From Candidatus Binatia bacterium (GTDB lineage Bacteria; Methylomirabilota; Methylomirabilia; Rokubacteriales; CSP1-6), in contig DASPZZ010000273.1 in the NCBI GenBank assembly GCA_035635995.1, positions 1,190-65,189 on the forward strand: 64,000 nt of DNA, written 5' to 3'. The notes under the pieces were generated by a model. That model did no database searches and was not told where the DNA came from. It worked only from the letters and a program-made list of their open reading frames with translations. Positions 48,250-57,353 of the stretch are shown piece by piece. Numbering within the stretch: the first letter of the stretch is position 1; each line of letters opens with the position of its first letter. Position numbers and translations under genes: made by a program.

Positions 48250-48276
48250 AAAAAAAGCTGGCGGGTGTGAGCCGGG
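48250..48276 (-). terminator. possible intrinsic terminator after the RRM gene (imperfect GC stem followed by U7)
   Basis: Minus strand after the stop reads CCCGGCTCACACCCGCCAGC-TTTTTTT. The T7 run is clear, but the stem is imperfect. Confidence 0.35.
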
Positions 48277-48633
48277 CTACCAGCGACCGCCGCGGGAGCC
48301 GCCGCGACCGCCGCCGCCGCCGCCACCGCCGAAGCCACCACGACCGCCGCCGCCGCCGCCGCGCCGGTCGCCTCCGCCGCCTGCCCCTGGGGCCTTCGCC
48401 TTCTCGACCTGGATAGTTCGGCCGTCGAGGCTCGTGCCGTTGAGGCGGCTAATGGCCTGTTCGGCTTCCTCCGGCGTCGCCATCTCGACGAACCCGAAGC
48501 CGCGCGATCGGCCGGTGTCCCGGTCGGTCACGACGCTCGCGGATTCGACGCTGCCGACCGCCGCGAAGGCTTCGCGCAGGCGCTCGTTGGAGGTGGAAAA
48601 AGACAAACCGCCGATGAAGAGTTTCACCGCCAT
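48277..48633 (-). CDS. RRM-type RNA-binding protein with Gly/Arg-rich tail
   Basis: Track ORF of 118 aa. RNP2 KLFIGGLSF and RNP1 RSRGFGFVEM, with a C-terminal GGGGDRRGGGGGGRGGFGGGG tail. GAAGGAG RBS. Confidence 0.9.
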   Translation of the reverse strand: MAVKLFIGGLSFSTSNERLREAFAAVGSVESASVVTDRDTGRSRGFGFVEMATPEEAEQAISRLNGTSLDGRTIQVEKAKAPGAGGGGDRRGGGGGGRGGFGGGGGGGGRGGSRGGRW

Positions 48634-48667
48634 GGAAGGGCTCCTTCTGACCGCACAGGGCTATCGG

Positions 48668-48675
48668 AGTATACA
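48668..48675 (-). promoter_or_regulatory. extended -10 element TGTATACT upstream of the RRM gene
   Basis: Minus strand reads ...GACCAGTGTATACTCCGATAGCCCTGTGCGGTCAGAAGGAGCCCTTCC-ATG. No convincing -35. Confidence 0.35.
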
Positions 48676-48719
48676 CTGGTCACCATCTTCCGCGAGCCGA
48701 ATCTTGCCCGAGGTGCGAT

Positions 48720-49310
48720 CTGGTCGGGACGTTCATAGAGCAGCTTGGCTACGCCGGCCTGTTTCTCGTTCTCTTCGCCGCCGGCCTCGGCGCCCCCATC
48801 CCGGAGGAGCTGCCGATCATCACCGCCGGGGTCCTGTCCCACCAGGCGGTGCTCCGGTGGTGGCTCGCGCTGGCCGTCTGCTTCATGGGCGTGGTCTCCG
48901 GCGACGTCGCCCTCTACTGGATTGGACACCACTGGGGGGAGCGGGTCCTCGCCTGGCGTCCCGTCCGATGGGTCCTCACCCAGGCTCGCGAGGAGCAGCT
49001 CAAGGCCGCGTATCGGAACCATGGCGTCAAGATCGTGTTCACCGCGCGACACGTGATGGGGCTGAGGGCGGCGGCCTTTCTCACGGCCGGGATCGCCCGC
49101 GTGCCCTTCTGGAAGTTCCTGGCGGTCGACGCCGCCGCCGCGCTGGTGAGCGTCCCGTTCGGCTTCTTTCTCGCGTTCCTCTTCGCCGATCAGGTCGAGC
49201 GGGTGGTCGCCGACGTCCATCGCGTGGAACGCTGGGTCGCCCTGGCCGCTCTCGTCGGGATCGCGGTGTGGGTCGCCATCGCCGTCCGGCGCCGGGGCCG
49301 GCGGGCCTGA
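48720..49310 (+). CDS. DedA-family (SNARE-associated) membrane protein; start codon uncertain
   Basis: The track ORF starts at GTG 48849, but the conserved DedA N-terminus (LVGTFIEQLGYAGLFLVLFAAGLGAPIPEELPIITAGVLS) is in frame upstream. The frame opens after TGA 48648-48650, and the only start-like codon there is CTG at 48720. Confidence 0.7.
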   Translation: MVGTFIEQLGYAGLFLVLFAAGLGAPIPEELPIITAGVLSHQAVLRWWLALAVCFMGVVSGDVALYWIGHHWGERVLAWRPVRWVLTQAREEQLKAAYRNHGVKIVFTARHVMGLRAAAFLTAGIARVPFWKFLAVDAAAALVSVPFGFFLAFLFADQVERVVADVHRVERWVALAALVGIAVWVAIAVRRRGRRA

Positions 49311-49339
49311 TTGGCCACAATGCTATAGTCGGCGTGGAG

Positions 49340-50644
49340 ATGGCCGTGACGGCTGACGAACGGAAACCGTGGCACGCGATCTTTCGGTTGCTGGCTCGCG
49401 ACGAGCGGGTGTTCGCAGTGCTCTTGGCCGTCGTGATGGTGGGCGGCGTCGCCACCCTCGGGCTTGTCCCCCTTCGACCACGCTACCGGATCGACCTCTA
49501 TCACCTGGTCTTCTGGTTTGGGGCCTACAAGCTCGGCGTGTTTGCGCTTGTGACGGTCAACCCCCGTGCGACCGGCGCGTACTTCGCCGGCGCTCTCGGG
49601 ATCGACATGCTTATCGTCTTCGCCCTGCTCGTTATGACCGGCGGCGGCGACAGCCCCTTCGTCAATCTCTTCTTCCCGCTCGTCGCCGTCAACGCCTATT
49701 ACTTCGGTCGATGGATCGGGCTGCTGCTGACCGCGGCCGCCGGCCTCCTCTACTGGATGGCCGCATGGGTCGCGCCGCCCGAGGCGGCATGGACCGCGGT
49801 GGTGGTCCTGATGGGGATGGTCGGGCTGCCGGCGTACGCTCTCGGCTATGTGGCCGATCGCGAGCGCCGCTCGAGAACCGAGGTCGAGCGCCTCAACGAG
49901 GAGCTCAAGGGGACGCTCTCGCAGCTCCAGGCGGCCCAGCAGGAGTTGGTCGTGGCCGAGCGCATGGCGGCGGTGGGGCGCGTCTCGCTCAAGGTCGCCC
50001 ACGAGGTGCGCAACCCGATCAGCGCCATCGAGCTGAACGCCGAGATGCTGGAGGACATCGTCCGCGAGCGGACTGACCCCGATATGAAGGAGGCGGTGGG
50101 CCTCGTCACCGCGATTCGCGACCAGGTCACTGCGCTGGACGCGCTGACCGAGGAGTACCTGGCCTTCGCCCGGTTTCCGCGACCCCACTTCGAGGACGAG
50201 TCGGTTAACCATCTCGTGCAGGAGCTCGCCGAATTCGTCCGCCCGGTCGCGAGCCGCCAGGGCCTGACGGTCCGCGTCGAGGTCGACCCGAACGTGCCGA
50301 TGATCGAGATCGACCGTGGTCTTCTGCGGCAGGCGGTGCTGAACCTCGTCAAGAACGGCCAGGAGGCGCTCTCGAGCGGCGGCGAGCTCACGATCGCGAG
50401 TCGCCTGGACGGCGAGTCGGTCGAGATCTCGGTCTCCGACACGGCCGGGGGGATCCCGGTCGACGTCGGGCCACGGCTTTTCGAGCAGTTCTTCACCACC
50501 AAGCCCCAGGGCACCGGTCTCGGCCTCTCGATCACGCGCCAGATTGCCGAGGAGCACGGCGGCGAGGTCCGATGGACCAACAAAGCCGGTCACGGCGCGA
50601 CGTTCACGATCCGGCTGCCGATCAAGAAGACGGCGCATGTCTGA
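49340..50644 (+). CDS. membrane sensor histidine kinase
   Basis: Last 434 codons of track ORF 47630..50644 (MAVTADERKPWHA...). Several TM helices, coiled coil, H-box KVAHEVRNPISAI, N-box LVKNGQEAL, G-boxes DTAGGI and GTGLGLSI. Confidence 0.85.
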   Translation: MAVTADERKPWHAIFRLLARDERVFAVLLAVVMVGGVATLGLVPLRPRYRIDLYHLVFWFGAYKLGVFALVTVNPRATGAYFAGALGIDMLIVFALLVMTGGGDSPFVNLFFPLVAVNAYYFGRWIGLLLTAAAGLLYWMAAWVAPPEAAWTAVVVLMGMVGLPAYALGYVADRERRSRTEVERLNEELKGTLSQLQAAQQELVVAERMAAVGRVSLKVAHEVRNPISAIELNAEMLEDIVRERTDPDMKEAVGLVTAIRDQVTALDALTEEYLAFARFPRPHFEDESVNHLVQELAEFVRPVASRQGLTVRVEVDPNVPMIEIDRGLLRQAVLNLVKNGQEALSSGGELTIASRLDGESVEISVSDTAGGIPVDVGPRLFEQFFTTKPQGTGLGLSITRQIAEEHGGEVRWTNKAGHGATFTIRLPIKKTAHV

Positions 50645-52019
50645 TCCCGCGACGTTGCTCATCGCCGACGACGATCCCGGGCTGCGCGAGAGCCTCGAGC
50701 GGGCGTTGACCCGCGAGGGGTACCGCGTCGTGCTCGCCTCGGACGGACGGGCCGCGCTCGAGCGGGTGCAGGCCGGCGGCGTCGACCTGATCGTCACGGA
50801 TCTAAAGATGCCGGGCCTGACCGGGCTCGAGCTCCTGCGGGCGGCGAAGGCGATCATGCCCGACGTCGACGTCATCTTGTTGACCGCCTTCGGCACCGTG
50901 GAGGAGGCCGTGAAGGCGATGAAGGACGGCGCCTACGACTTCCTCACCAAGCCGTTCCGGCGCGAGCAGCTCATCAAGCTCATCGACAAGGCCCTGGAGC
51001 GGCGCGACCTGATCGAGCAGAACCGGGCCCTCAAGCAGCAGCTGGAGGACCTGCGCGCCAAAGGCCAGATGATCGGCGCGAGCCCGTCGTTCCGGCGGAT
51101 GCTGACGCTCGTCGACCAGGTCGCCGATAGCTCGGCGACGGTGCTCGTCCAGGGCGAGAGCGGGACGGGCAAGGAGCTGGTGGCGCGCACGATCCACGAG
51201 CGCTCGGGTCGTCGCAACGGGCCGTTCGTCGCGGTCAACTGCGCGGCGCTGCCGGAGACTCTCCTCGAATCCGAGCTGTTCGGCTATGAGAAGGGCGCGT
51301 TCACCGGCGCCGCCGGGCGCAAAGAGGGCCGCTTCGAGCTGGCGAGCGGCGGCACGCTCTTCCTCGACGAGGTGGCCGACCTCTCGCTGGTTACGCAGCC
51401 CAAGATCCTGCGCGTGCTCCAGGAGGGCGAGTTCGAGCGTCTCGGCGGCACGCGCACGCTCCAGGTCGACGTGCGCATCGTCGCGGCCACCAATCAGGAC
51501 CTGGCCGAGATGGTGAAGGAAAAGCGCTTCCGCGAGGACCTCTACTACCGCCTCAACGTCATCACCGTCCGCGTGCCGCCGCTGCGCGAGCGCCACGAGG
51601 ACATCGGCGTGCTCGCCCAGCACTACCTGCGGGTCTACAGCGCCAAGAACGGACGGAAGCTCGAGGGCTTCTCGGGCGAGGCCATCGAGCGGCTCGAGTC
51701 CTATGCCTGGCCGGGCAACGTGCGCGAGCTCGAGAACCTCATCGAGCGCACCGTCCTGCTCGCCCGAAAGGATCGGATCGACGCCGAGGACCTGCCCGAA
51801 GAGGTCGCGGGGGTGAAGCGCCCGCCGCGCGACGCGATCTTGGAGCTGGTCGGCACACCGCTCACCGAGATCGAGCAGCGGCTGCTCGACGAGACGCTCC
51901 GCATCACCGGCGGCAACAAGACGCAGGCGGCGAAGCTCCTCGGGATCGACGTGCGCACGGTGGCGCGGAAGCTCGAGCGTCGCGAGGACGAGCACGCGGA
52001 GGGCAGCGACCGGTCGTGA
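50637..52019 (+). CDS. sigma-54-dependent response regulator (NtrC family: REC-AAA+-Fis HTH)
   Basis: Internal Met of track ORF 50544..52019 (MSDPATLLIADDDPGLRE...). DLKMPG, GESGTGKE, GAFTGA, ESELFGYEKGAFTGA, and the C-terminal GGNKTQAAKLLGIDVRTVARKL. 8-nt overlap with the kinase stop. Confidence 0.9.
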   Translation: MSDPATLLIADDDPGLRESLERALTREGYRVVLASDGRAALERVQAGGVDLIVTDLKMPGLTGLELLRAAKAIMPDVDVILLTAFGTVEEAVKAMKDGAYDFLTKPFRREQLIKLIDKALERRDLIEQNRALKQQLEDLRAKGQMIGASPSFRRMLTLVDQVADSSATVLVQGESGTGKELVARTIHERSGRRNGPFVAVNCAALPETLLESELFGYEKGAFTGAAGRKEGRFELASGGTLFLDEVADLSLVTQPKILRVLQEGEFERLGGTRTLQVDVRIVAATNQDLAEMVKEKRFREDLYYRLNVITVRVPPLRERHEDIGVLAQHYLRVYSAKNGRKLEGFSGEAIERLESYAWPGNVRELENLIERTVLLARKDRIDAEDLPEEVAGVKRPPRDAILELVGTPLTEIEQRLLDETLRITGGNKTQAAKLLGIDVRTVARKLERREDEHAEGSDRS

Positions 52020-53191
52020 AGGCCCTCCTCCTGACCCGCGAGTATCCGCCGCACATCTACGGCGGCGCGGGCGTCGTCGTCGGCCAGCTCTCACAGGCGC
52101 TCAGCCGGCTCATGGCCGTGGAAGTCCGCTGCTTCGGCGAGCGGTCCGCGGCCGAGGCAGCGGGTCGTGTCGCGCTGCGCGGCTACACGCCCTGGGAGCG
52201 GGTCGGACCGGGCCGAGACGGGCCCCGCTGGGCGCCCGTGCTGGAGACGCTGTCGATCGCGCTCGCGATGGCGCGCGACCCCGTGGACGCCGACGTGGCC
52301 CACGCGCACACCTGGTACGCGGACATGGCGGGTCTCTGGATCCGCACGCTTCACCGGATCCCGCTCTGCGTGACCCTGCACAGCATGGAGCCGCTCCGGC
52401 CGTGGAAGGCCGACCAGCTCGGCAGCGGGTATCTCCTCTCGAGCTGGATCGAGAAGACGGCGGTGGAGGCGGCCGATCGGGTCATCGCGGTCTCGCGGCG
52501 CATGCGCGAGGACATTCTCGAGCACTTCAAAGTCGACCCCGACCGCGTAGTCGTCATTCACAACGGCATCGATCCCGACCAGTTCCGGCGAACCGAGGCA
52601 CGCGACGTCCTGGCGCGCCGCGGCGTCCGCGAGCCCTACGTGCTCTTCGTCGGGCGCATCACCGACCAGAAGGGGATCTTCCATCTGCTCGAGGCGGCCC
52701 CGAAGCTTCCACGTGAGGTGCAGGTCGTCCTGTGCGCCTCGGCGCCGGACACTCCCGAGATCGAAGCGCGGCTCAAGCGAGCGGTGGCGGAGCACCCGAA
52801 CGTCCGGTGGATCGGCGAGATGATCCCCGTGGACGAGGTAGTGCAGCTCTACAGCCACGCCGCGGTCTTCGTGTGCCCGTCGGTCTACGAGCCGTTCGGG
52901 CTGATCAATCTGGAGGCGATGGCGTGCGAGACCCCGGTGGTCGCCTCGGCGGTCGGCGGCATTCTCGAGGTGGTCGAGGACGGCAAGACCGGGCTGCTCG
53001 TCGAGCCCGGCCGTCCCGACGCGCTGGCCGCCGCGATCCGCGGCCTGCTCGAGGATCCCGCGCGCGGCCGCGCGATGGGCCGCGCGGGCCGGCTCCGCGT
53101 CGAGGCGCAGTTCAGCTGGACCAGCGTCGCCGCGCGAACCCAGGAGGTCTACGCCGACGCGATCGCCGACTTCGCGCGGGCGGAGGCCTAG
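52016..53191 (+). CDS. GT4 glycosyltransferase, actinobacterial glycogen-synthase / GlgM-like
   Basis: Track ORF of 391 aa (GTG start, overlaps the upstream stop): MKALLLTREYPPHIYGGAGVVV..., VTLHSMEPLRPWK, FVGRITDQKGI, PSVYEPFGLINLEAMACETPVVASAVGGILEVVEDGKTG. Confidence 0.75.
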   Translation: MKALLLTREYPPHIYGGAGVVVGQLSQALSRLMAVEVRCFGERSAAEAAGRVALRGYTPWERVGPGRDGPRWAPVLETLSIALAMARDPVDADVAHAHTWYADMAGLWIRTLHRIPLCVTLHSMEPLRPWKADQLGSGYLLSSWIEKTAVEAADRVIAVSRRMREDILEHFKVDPDRVVVIHNGIDPDQFRRTEARDVLARRGVREPYVLFVGRITDQKGIFHLLEAAPKLPREVQVVLCASAPDTPEIEARLKRAVAEHPNVRWIGEMIPVDEVVQLYSHAAVFVCPSVYEPFGLINLEAMACETPVVASAVGGILEVVEDGKTGLLVEPGRPDALAAAIRGLLEDPARGRAMGRAGRLRVEAQFSWTSVAARTQEVYADAIADFARAEA

Positions 53192-53196
53192 CGGTC

Positions 53197-53985
53197 GTGT
53201 CCGCCGTGTCCTTGTCGACCCTCCGCGGGTTCGTCTTCGATCTCGACGGGTGCGTCTGGAGCGGCAACGCCCTCAACCCGGGCGCGGGCGAGACCCTCGC
53301 GGCGCTGCACCGGAGCGGGCGCGCGCTCGCCTTCGTCTCGAACAACTCGCGCGCCACCGGCGACGACTTGCGCGAGCGGCTGCACCGCCTCGGCGTCGGC
53401 GCCGCCCAGCACGTCCTGACGCCCCTCGAGATCATCGGCGAGGTGATCCGCCAGCGCTGGGGACGCTCGCGGGTCCTCGTCATCGGCGCGCCCGAGATGG
53501 CGGCCGTCATCGCGCGGGCCGGCCACGAGCTGGTGGACGTGAAGGACTATCGTGCGGCGACCGTGGTCGCCGTCGGCAACGACTTCGATCTGAGCTACGA
53601 GCGCCTCACCGCCGCCGCACGGGCCGCCGCGCGCGGAGCGCCGCTCGTGACGCCGAACGTGGATCCCCGCCTCCCGATCGAGGGCGGCGACTTCCTGCCG
53701 GGCTGCGGCTCGATCGTGGAGGCGGTCGCCGTGGCGGCCGGCGTGCGGCCGATCGTCGTCGGCAAGCCCGAGCCGCCGCTCTTCCGCATTGCGCTCGAGC
53801 GGTTGGGCCTCTCGGCGGCGGTGACCGCGATGGTGGGCGACAGCGTTCCGTCCGATATCCGCGGCGCCAGGGCGGTCGGCATGCCCACCGTGCTGTACGC
53901 GCCCGGAGGCAGCGCGCCCGCGGATGCGGCGGACGTGGTCGTGGCCTCGTTCGCCGAGCTGGCGAGGCTCGCCGGGGTCGGGTAG
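53197..53985 (+). CDS. HAD-IIA family hydrolase (NagD-like sugar phosphatase)
   Basis: GTG inside track ORF 52732..53985. FVFDLDGCVW (DxDG motif), FVSNNS, GKPEPPLF, MVGDSVPSDIRGA. Confidence 0.8.
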   Translation: MSAVSLSTLRGFVFDLDGCVWSGNALNPGAGETLAALHRSGRALAFVSNNSRATGDDLRERLHRLGVGAAQHVLTPLEIIGEVIRQRWGRSRVLVIGAPEMAAVIARAGHELVDVKDYRAATVVAVGNDFDLSYERLTAAARAAARGAPLVTPNVDPRLPIEGGDFLPGCGSIVEAVAVAAGVRPIVVGKPEPPLFRIALERLGLSAAVTAMVGDSVPSDIRGARAVGMPTVLYAPGGSAPADAADVVVASFAELARLAGVG

Positions 53986-54014
53986 CCTCGAGGCGCGTGT
54001 TACTCTAAGCCGCG

Positions 54015-54479
54015 ATGTTCGACATCGGCCTTCAGGAGATGCTCGTCATCGGGGTGCTCGCCCTGCTGGTCTTCGGCCCTGGTAAGCTCCCCGAGCTCGG
54101 ACGCATGGTCGGGCGCGCGCTCCGCGAGCTCCGCCGTGCCAGCGACGAGTTCCGGTCGACCGTCGAGACGAACCTCCACATCAACGATCCGGATCCGATC
54201 ATCCCGCCGGCGTCCGCTCCCGTCGAGCCGGCACCGGTGGCCATGCTGCCGTCCGAGGCCGAAGCCGCGAAGGCCGGCGCCGAGACCACGCCCTCTGTCG
54301 CCGTCGAGCCGGGTGAGCCGTACTGCGCTCAGCGGGCGTCGCGCCTGTTTCACAAGAGCGATTGCGCCTGGGTCTCGAGGATCCCCGAGACCGAGCGCGC
54401 CTACTTCAAGCACGTCGCCGATGCCCGTGAGCAGGGCTATGCGACGTGCCCCGTCTGCGAGCCCTGGGAGCCCGCGTAG
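54015..54479 (+). CDS. TatA/TatB-family translocase subunit fused to a C-terminal Cys/His zinc-binding-like domain
   Basis: Track ORF of 154 aa. N-terminus [46 protein letters not shown]. Pro/Ala linker. C-terminus [49 protein letters not shown]. Confidence 0.8.
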   Translation: MFDIGLQEMLVIGVLALLVFGPGKLPELGRMVGRALRELRRASDEFRSTVETNLHINDPDPIIPPASAPVEPAPVAMLPSEAEAAKAGAETTPSVAVEPGEPYCAQRASRLFHKSDCAWVSRIPETERAYFKHVADAREQGYATCPVCEPWEPA

Positions 54480-54530
54480 CCCAGGCTGCCTGATCGCCGG
54501 TTCACGAGCTCCGAACAGGCACTCGCTTTT

Positions 54531-54562
54531 TGTTGACTAGTCAACACGAGTTGAGTGATACT
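54531..54562 (+). promoter_or_regulatory. perfect 16-bp palindrome TGTTGACTAGTCAACA overlapping the lexA promoter (candidate SOS box)
   Basis: Palindrome at 54531-54546. -35-like TTGACT at 54533-54538, 18-nt spacer, -10-like GATACT at 54557-54562. lexA ATG at 54583. Confidence 0.5.
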
Positions 54563-54582
54563 GCCCGTCACGGAGGGCGACC

Positions 54583-55227
54583 ATGCGCGAGTTGACGAAC
54601 CGGCAGCGGGAAGTGCTGAGCTTCATGCGGAGCTTCCAGTCCAAGCACGGAGTTCCGCCGACCGTGCGCGAGCTTGGCGAGCGGTTTCAGATCACGCCGC
54701 GGGCCGCGTTCGACCATTTGAGGGCGCTCGAGCGCAAGGGAGAGCTGCAGAGGCGGCCGAGCATCGGCCGGACGTCGAGGGCCCTGACGATTCCCGACGC
54801 AATCGGCGGGGGGCGGACGCACCATGCCGTGCCGATTCTCGGTCGGATCGCGGCGGGATCGCCTCTCCTGGCCCAGGAGAATCGCGAGGGCGAGGTGCCG
54901 ATCGCCGCCGCGTCGCTGCCCGGGCGCGGCGAGGATGTCTTCGCGCTCCGCGTCCGCGGTGAGTCGATGATCGACGCGCACATCTGCGACGGCGACCTCG
55001 TGCTCGTCCGGCGCCAGGACTCGGCTCAGCCGAACGACATCGTCGTCGCGATGATCGAGTCGGACGCGGGCGGCGAGGCCGAGGCGACCGTGAAGCGGTT
55101 CCTGCGCGACGGCTCGCGCGTCGTTCTCAAGCCGGAAAACCCGACGATGACGCCGATCGTCGTCGATCCGGCCCGCCGCTCCGTCAAGATTCTCGGGAAA
55201 GTCGTCGGCCTGTTGCGTGGCTTTTAG
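54583..55227 (+). CDS. lexA: LexA repressor
   Basis: Track ORF of 214 aa. N-terminal winged HTH (RQREVLSFM...GVPPTVRELGERF), Ala-Gly cleavage site (GRIAAGSP), Ser/Lys dyad contexts (VRGESMI, VKRF). Confidence 0.95.
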   Translation: MRELTNRQREVLSFMRSFQSKHGVPPTVRELGERFQITPRAAFDHLRALERKGELQRRPSIGRTSRALTIPDAIGGGRTHHAVPILGRIAAGSPLLAQENREGEVPIAAASLPGRGEDVFALRVRGESMIDAHICDGDLVLVRRQDSAQPNDIVVAMIESDAGGEAEATVKRFLRDGSRVVLKPENPTMTPIVVDPARRSVKILGKVVGLLRGF

Positions 55228-55383
55228 GATGGCAGGAGGACAGAATGAGCTCGCATGCCGTGACGTACGCGTTGCTTCACCGTCGAGGGTCCCGCGCCTT
55301 TTTTTTGGCGCAGTCCACTCAACACCTGAAGAGTCCCCGGCTCGGCCGAGAGGTCGCGCGAGCGCTCGTAGCGCTCGGCGCCG

Positions 55384-57306
55384 TCATCGCATGGGGCGGC
55401 GTCTGTCTGTTTTTGGGGAGCTGACGGCCGGCGACGTGGCCTGCTCGTAGATCCTCGCGTCGACGAAAAGGTCGAGCAACGCGCCGTCGAGGTGCCCGGC
55501 CCGTCGCTCGTGGGCCAGGATGTCGAGCGCCTCTTCCTTCGCGATCCCCTTCTTGTAGGGGCGGTCGCCCGCCGTCAGCGCGTCGTAGATGTCGGCGATC
55601 GTCATCATCTTGGACTGGACCGGGATCTCGTCGCCCCTCATCCCCTCGGGATAGCCCGTGCCGTCGAGCTTCTCGTGGTGGGAGCGGGCGATTTCCGGGA
55701 TGCGGCGGAACTCCTTGGTCCACGGGATCCGGGTGAGGAACTCGTAGGTGTGGATCACGTGGGACTGGATCTCCTTGAACTCCGCCGGCGTGAGGCTGCC
55801 CCGGGGGATGGCGAGGATCGCCGCCTCCTCGGGCGTGATGACGGCCTCGCGGTTCCCAAGGTGGTCCTCGAAGGCGTGGAGCGCCAGGCGCTCGATGCCG
55901 GCGGCGAAGTCACGCGGCAGCACCGCGGGCTCGTTGGCCGCGACGATGCGCGCGATGTTCTCGTCGAGCTCGGCGACAAAGGTCGCGAGCTCGGCGTCGA
56001 AGGCGGCGGCCTGCGCCGCGTAACGGCGGCGGTCCTTGTCCAGCAGGTGCTCGATCTTCTTGCCGGCGTAGCGGAGCTCCAGGCCGCGCTTGATCAGCTC
56101 GACGCGCTGGCGGATGCGGTCGAGCTCGCCCGGGAGGAGCTTCGTGGCTTTGACGAGGACCTGCTCGCGGACGCCGACCTTGCCGAAGTCGTGCAGGAGG
56201 GCGGCATAGCGGAGCTCCGTCATCTCCTCGGCGCTGAAGCGCGTCGCGCCGTACGGACCGGCCGCGCAGCGGTCGACCGCGCTGGCGAGGCCGACCGTGA
56301 GGTTCGCGACGCGGGCGGAGTGGCCCGAGGTCGTCGGGTCGCGCGACTCGATCGCCGTGACCGACGCTTTCACGAAGCCTTCGAAGAGGTCGCGGATGTT
56401 CTCGTACAGGCGGCTGTTCTGGATCGCGACCGCCGCCTGCGACGCGAGCGACCCGGCGAGCTGCTCGTGGCGTGCGGTGAAGGGCTGGACGGTTCGCTCG
56501 ATCTGGTCCGCCGAGCCCAGCCGGGCCGAGAAATCGAGCTTGCAGTTGATCAGCTGGAGCGCGCCGATCGTCTCGTCCTGCGGCGTGCGCATCGGCACCA
56601 CGAGCATCGAGCGAGTGCGATAGCCGGTCTCCTCGTCGAACGACCGGTTGATGTGGAACGGAGCGCCCGGGGGTGGGCGGTAGGCATCCTCGAGGTTGAG
56701 GATCTCGCCGGTCAGCGCGACGTGCCCCGCCACGCTCTCGCTGGTCAGCGGCAGCCGCGTGGTGCGGAACGGAATGTCCACGGAGTCGTTCTGGGCGAGG
56801 ACGAAGCGCAGGTCGCGCGTGCCGTCCGGCGCCTCCTCGACCAGGTAGAGCGAGCCGGCGTCGCTCTGTGTGATCTCCCGCGCCTTGGTGAGGATGGTCT
56901 CGATGAGGTCACGCGGGTTGCGCTCGGCCGAGAGCCGGATGCCGATCGAGTTCAGCTCGGAGAGCTCGCGGTGGAGCCGCATCATCTCGGCCGAGCGGTC
57001 GAGGTCGGCGAACGCGTTTTCCACCGCGCGCGCGAGGATCGGCCCGCCCACGCCCGCCGGCAGCAGCGCGTACCAGTGCTGGGGCCACGGGCCGGCGGCA
57101 TCCGCGTCGACCAGGGCCACGACGCGGAGCGCGCCCTCGCCCCACCGCCGGTCGACTTCGTCGCGACCGACCAGCACGACGGCCGATCCCGAGGCGGATG
57201 GGTCAGCCGACGCGGAGAGGGGAGCGACGTCGAACTCGCCACGGAGGAGCTCGGCGGCGGCCGCCGCCGCGCGCGAGGTCGTGTCGTACAGGACACGGCG
57301 GGGCAT
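55384..57306 (-). CDS. GAF and HD-GYP domain protein (putative c-di-GMP phosphodiesterase)
   Basis: Track ORF 55384..57342(-); start probably MPRRVLYD at 57306. GAF region (ITQSDAGSLYLVEE...), HD (AALLHDFGK), HHEKLDGTGYP. Confidence 0.85.
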   Translation of the reverse strand: MPRRVLYDTTSRAAAAAAELLRGEFDVAPLSASADPSASGSAVVLVGRDEVDRRWGEGALRVVALVDADAAGPWPQHWYALLPAGVGGPILARAVENAFADLDRSAEMMRLHRELSELNSIGIRLSAERNPRDLIETILTKAREITQSDAGSLYLVEEAPDGTRDLRFVLAQNDSVDIPFRTTRLPLTSESVAGHVALTGEILNLEDAYRPPPGAPFHINRSFDEETGYRTRSMLVVPMRTPQDETIGALQLINCKLDFSARLGSADQIERTVQPFTARHEQLAGSLASQAAVAIQNSRLYENIRDLFEGFVKASVTAIESRDPTTSGHSARVANLTVGLASAVDRCAAGPYGATRFSAEEMTELRYAALLHDFGKVGVREQVLVKATKLLPGELDRIRQRVELIKRGLELRYAGKKIEHLLDKDRRRYAAQAAAFDAELATFVAELDENIARIVAANEPAVLPRDFAAGIERLALHAFEDHLGNREAVITPEEAAILAIPRGSLTPAEFKEIQSHVIHTYEFLTRIPWTKEFRRIPEIARSHHEKLDGTGYPEGMRGDEIPVQSKMMTIADIYDALTAGDRPYKKGIAKEEALDILAHERRAGHLDGALLDLFVDARIYEQATSPAVSSPKTDRRRPMR

Positions 57307-57353
57307 GGAACGAAAGTAGGGCTGGGGCGGCGGCCAAGTCAAGAATACATATA

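Noticed and set aside
48283-48400. GCC/GCG-rich simple-sequence tract.
   Set aside because: It is the antisense of the Gly/Arg-rich C-terminal tail of the RRM protein, so it is coding low complexity and not an independent repeat element.
47630-49339. First 570 codons of the 1004-aa track ORF 47630..50644.
   Set aside because: This part reads through the antisense of the GT4 and RRM genes; its PPPPPP run is the antisense of the Gly-rich tail. It also reads out of frame through DedA. Only the last 434 codons (histidine kinase) are credible.
55294-55311. GCGCC-TTTTTTTT-GGCGC between the convergent lexA and HD-GYP genes, as a terminator.
   Set aside because: The T8 run forms the loop, not the tail, of a 5-bp stem, and no stable GC stem precedes a U-tract on either strand. 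It is too weak to call.
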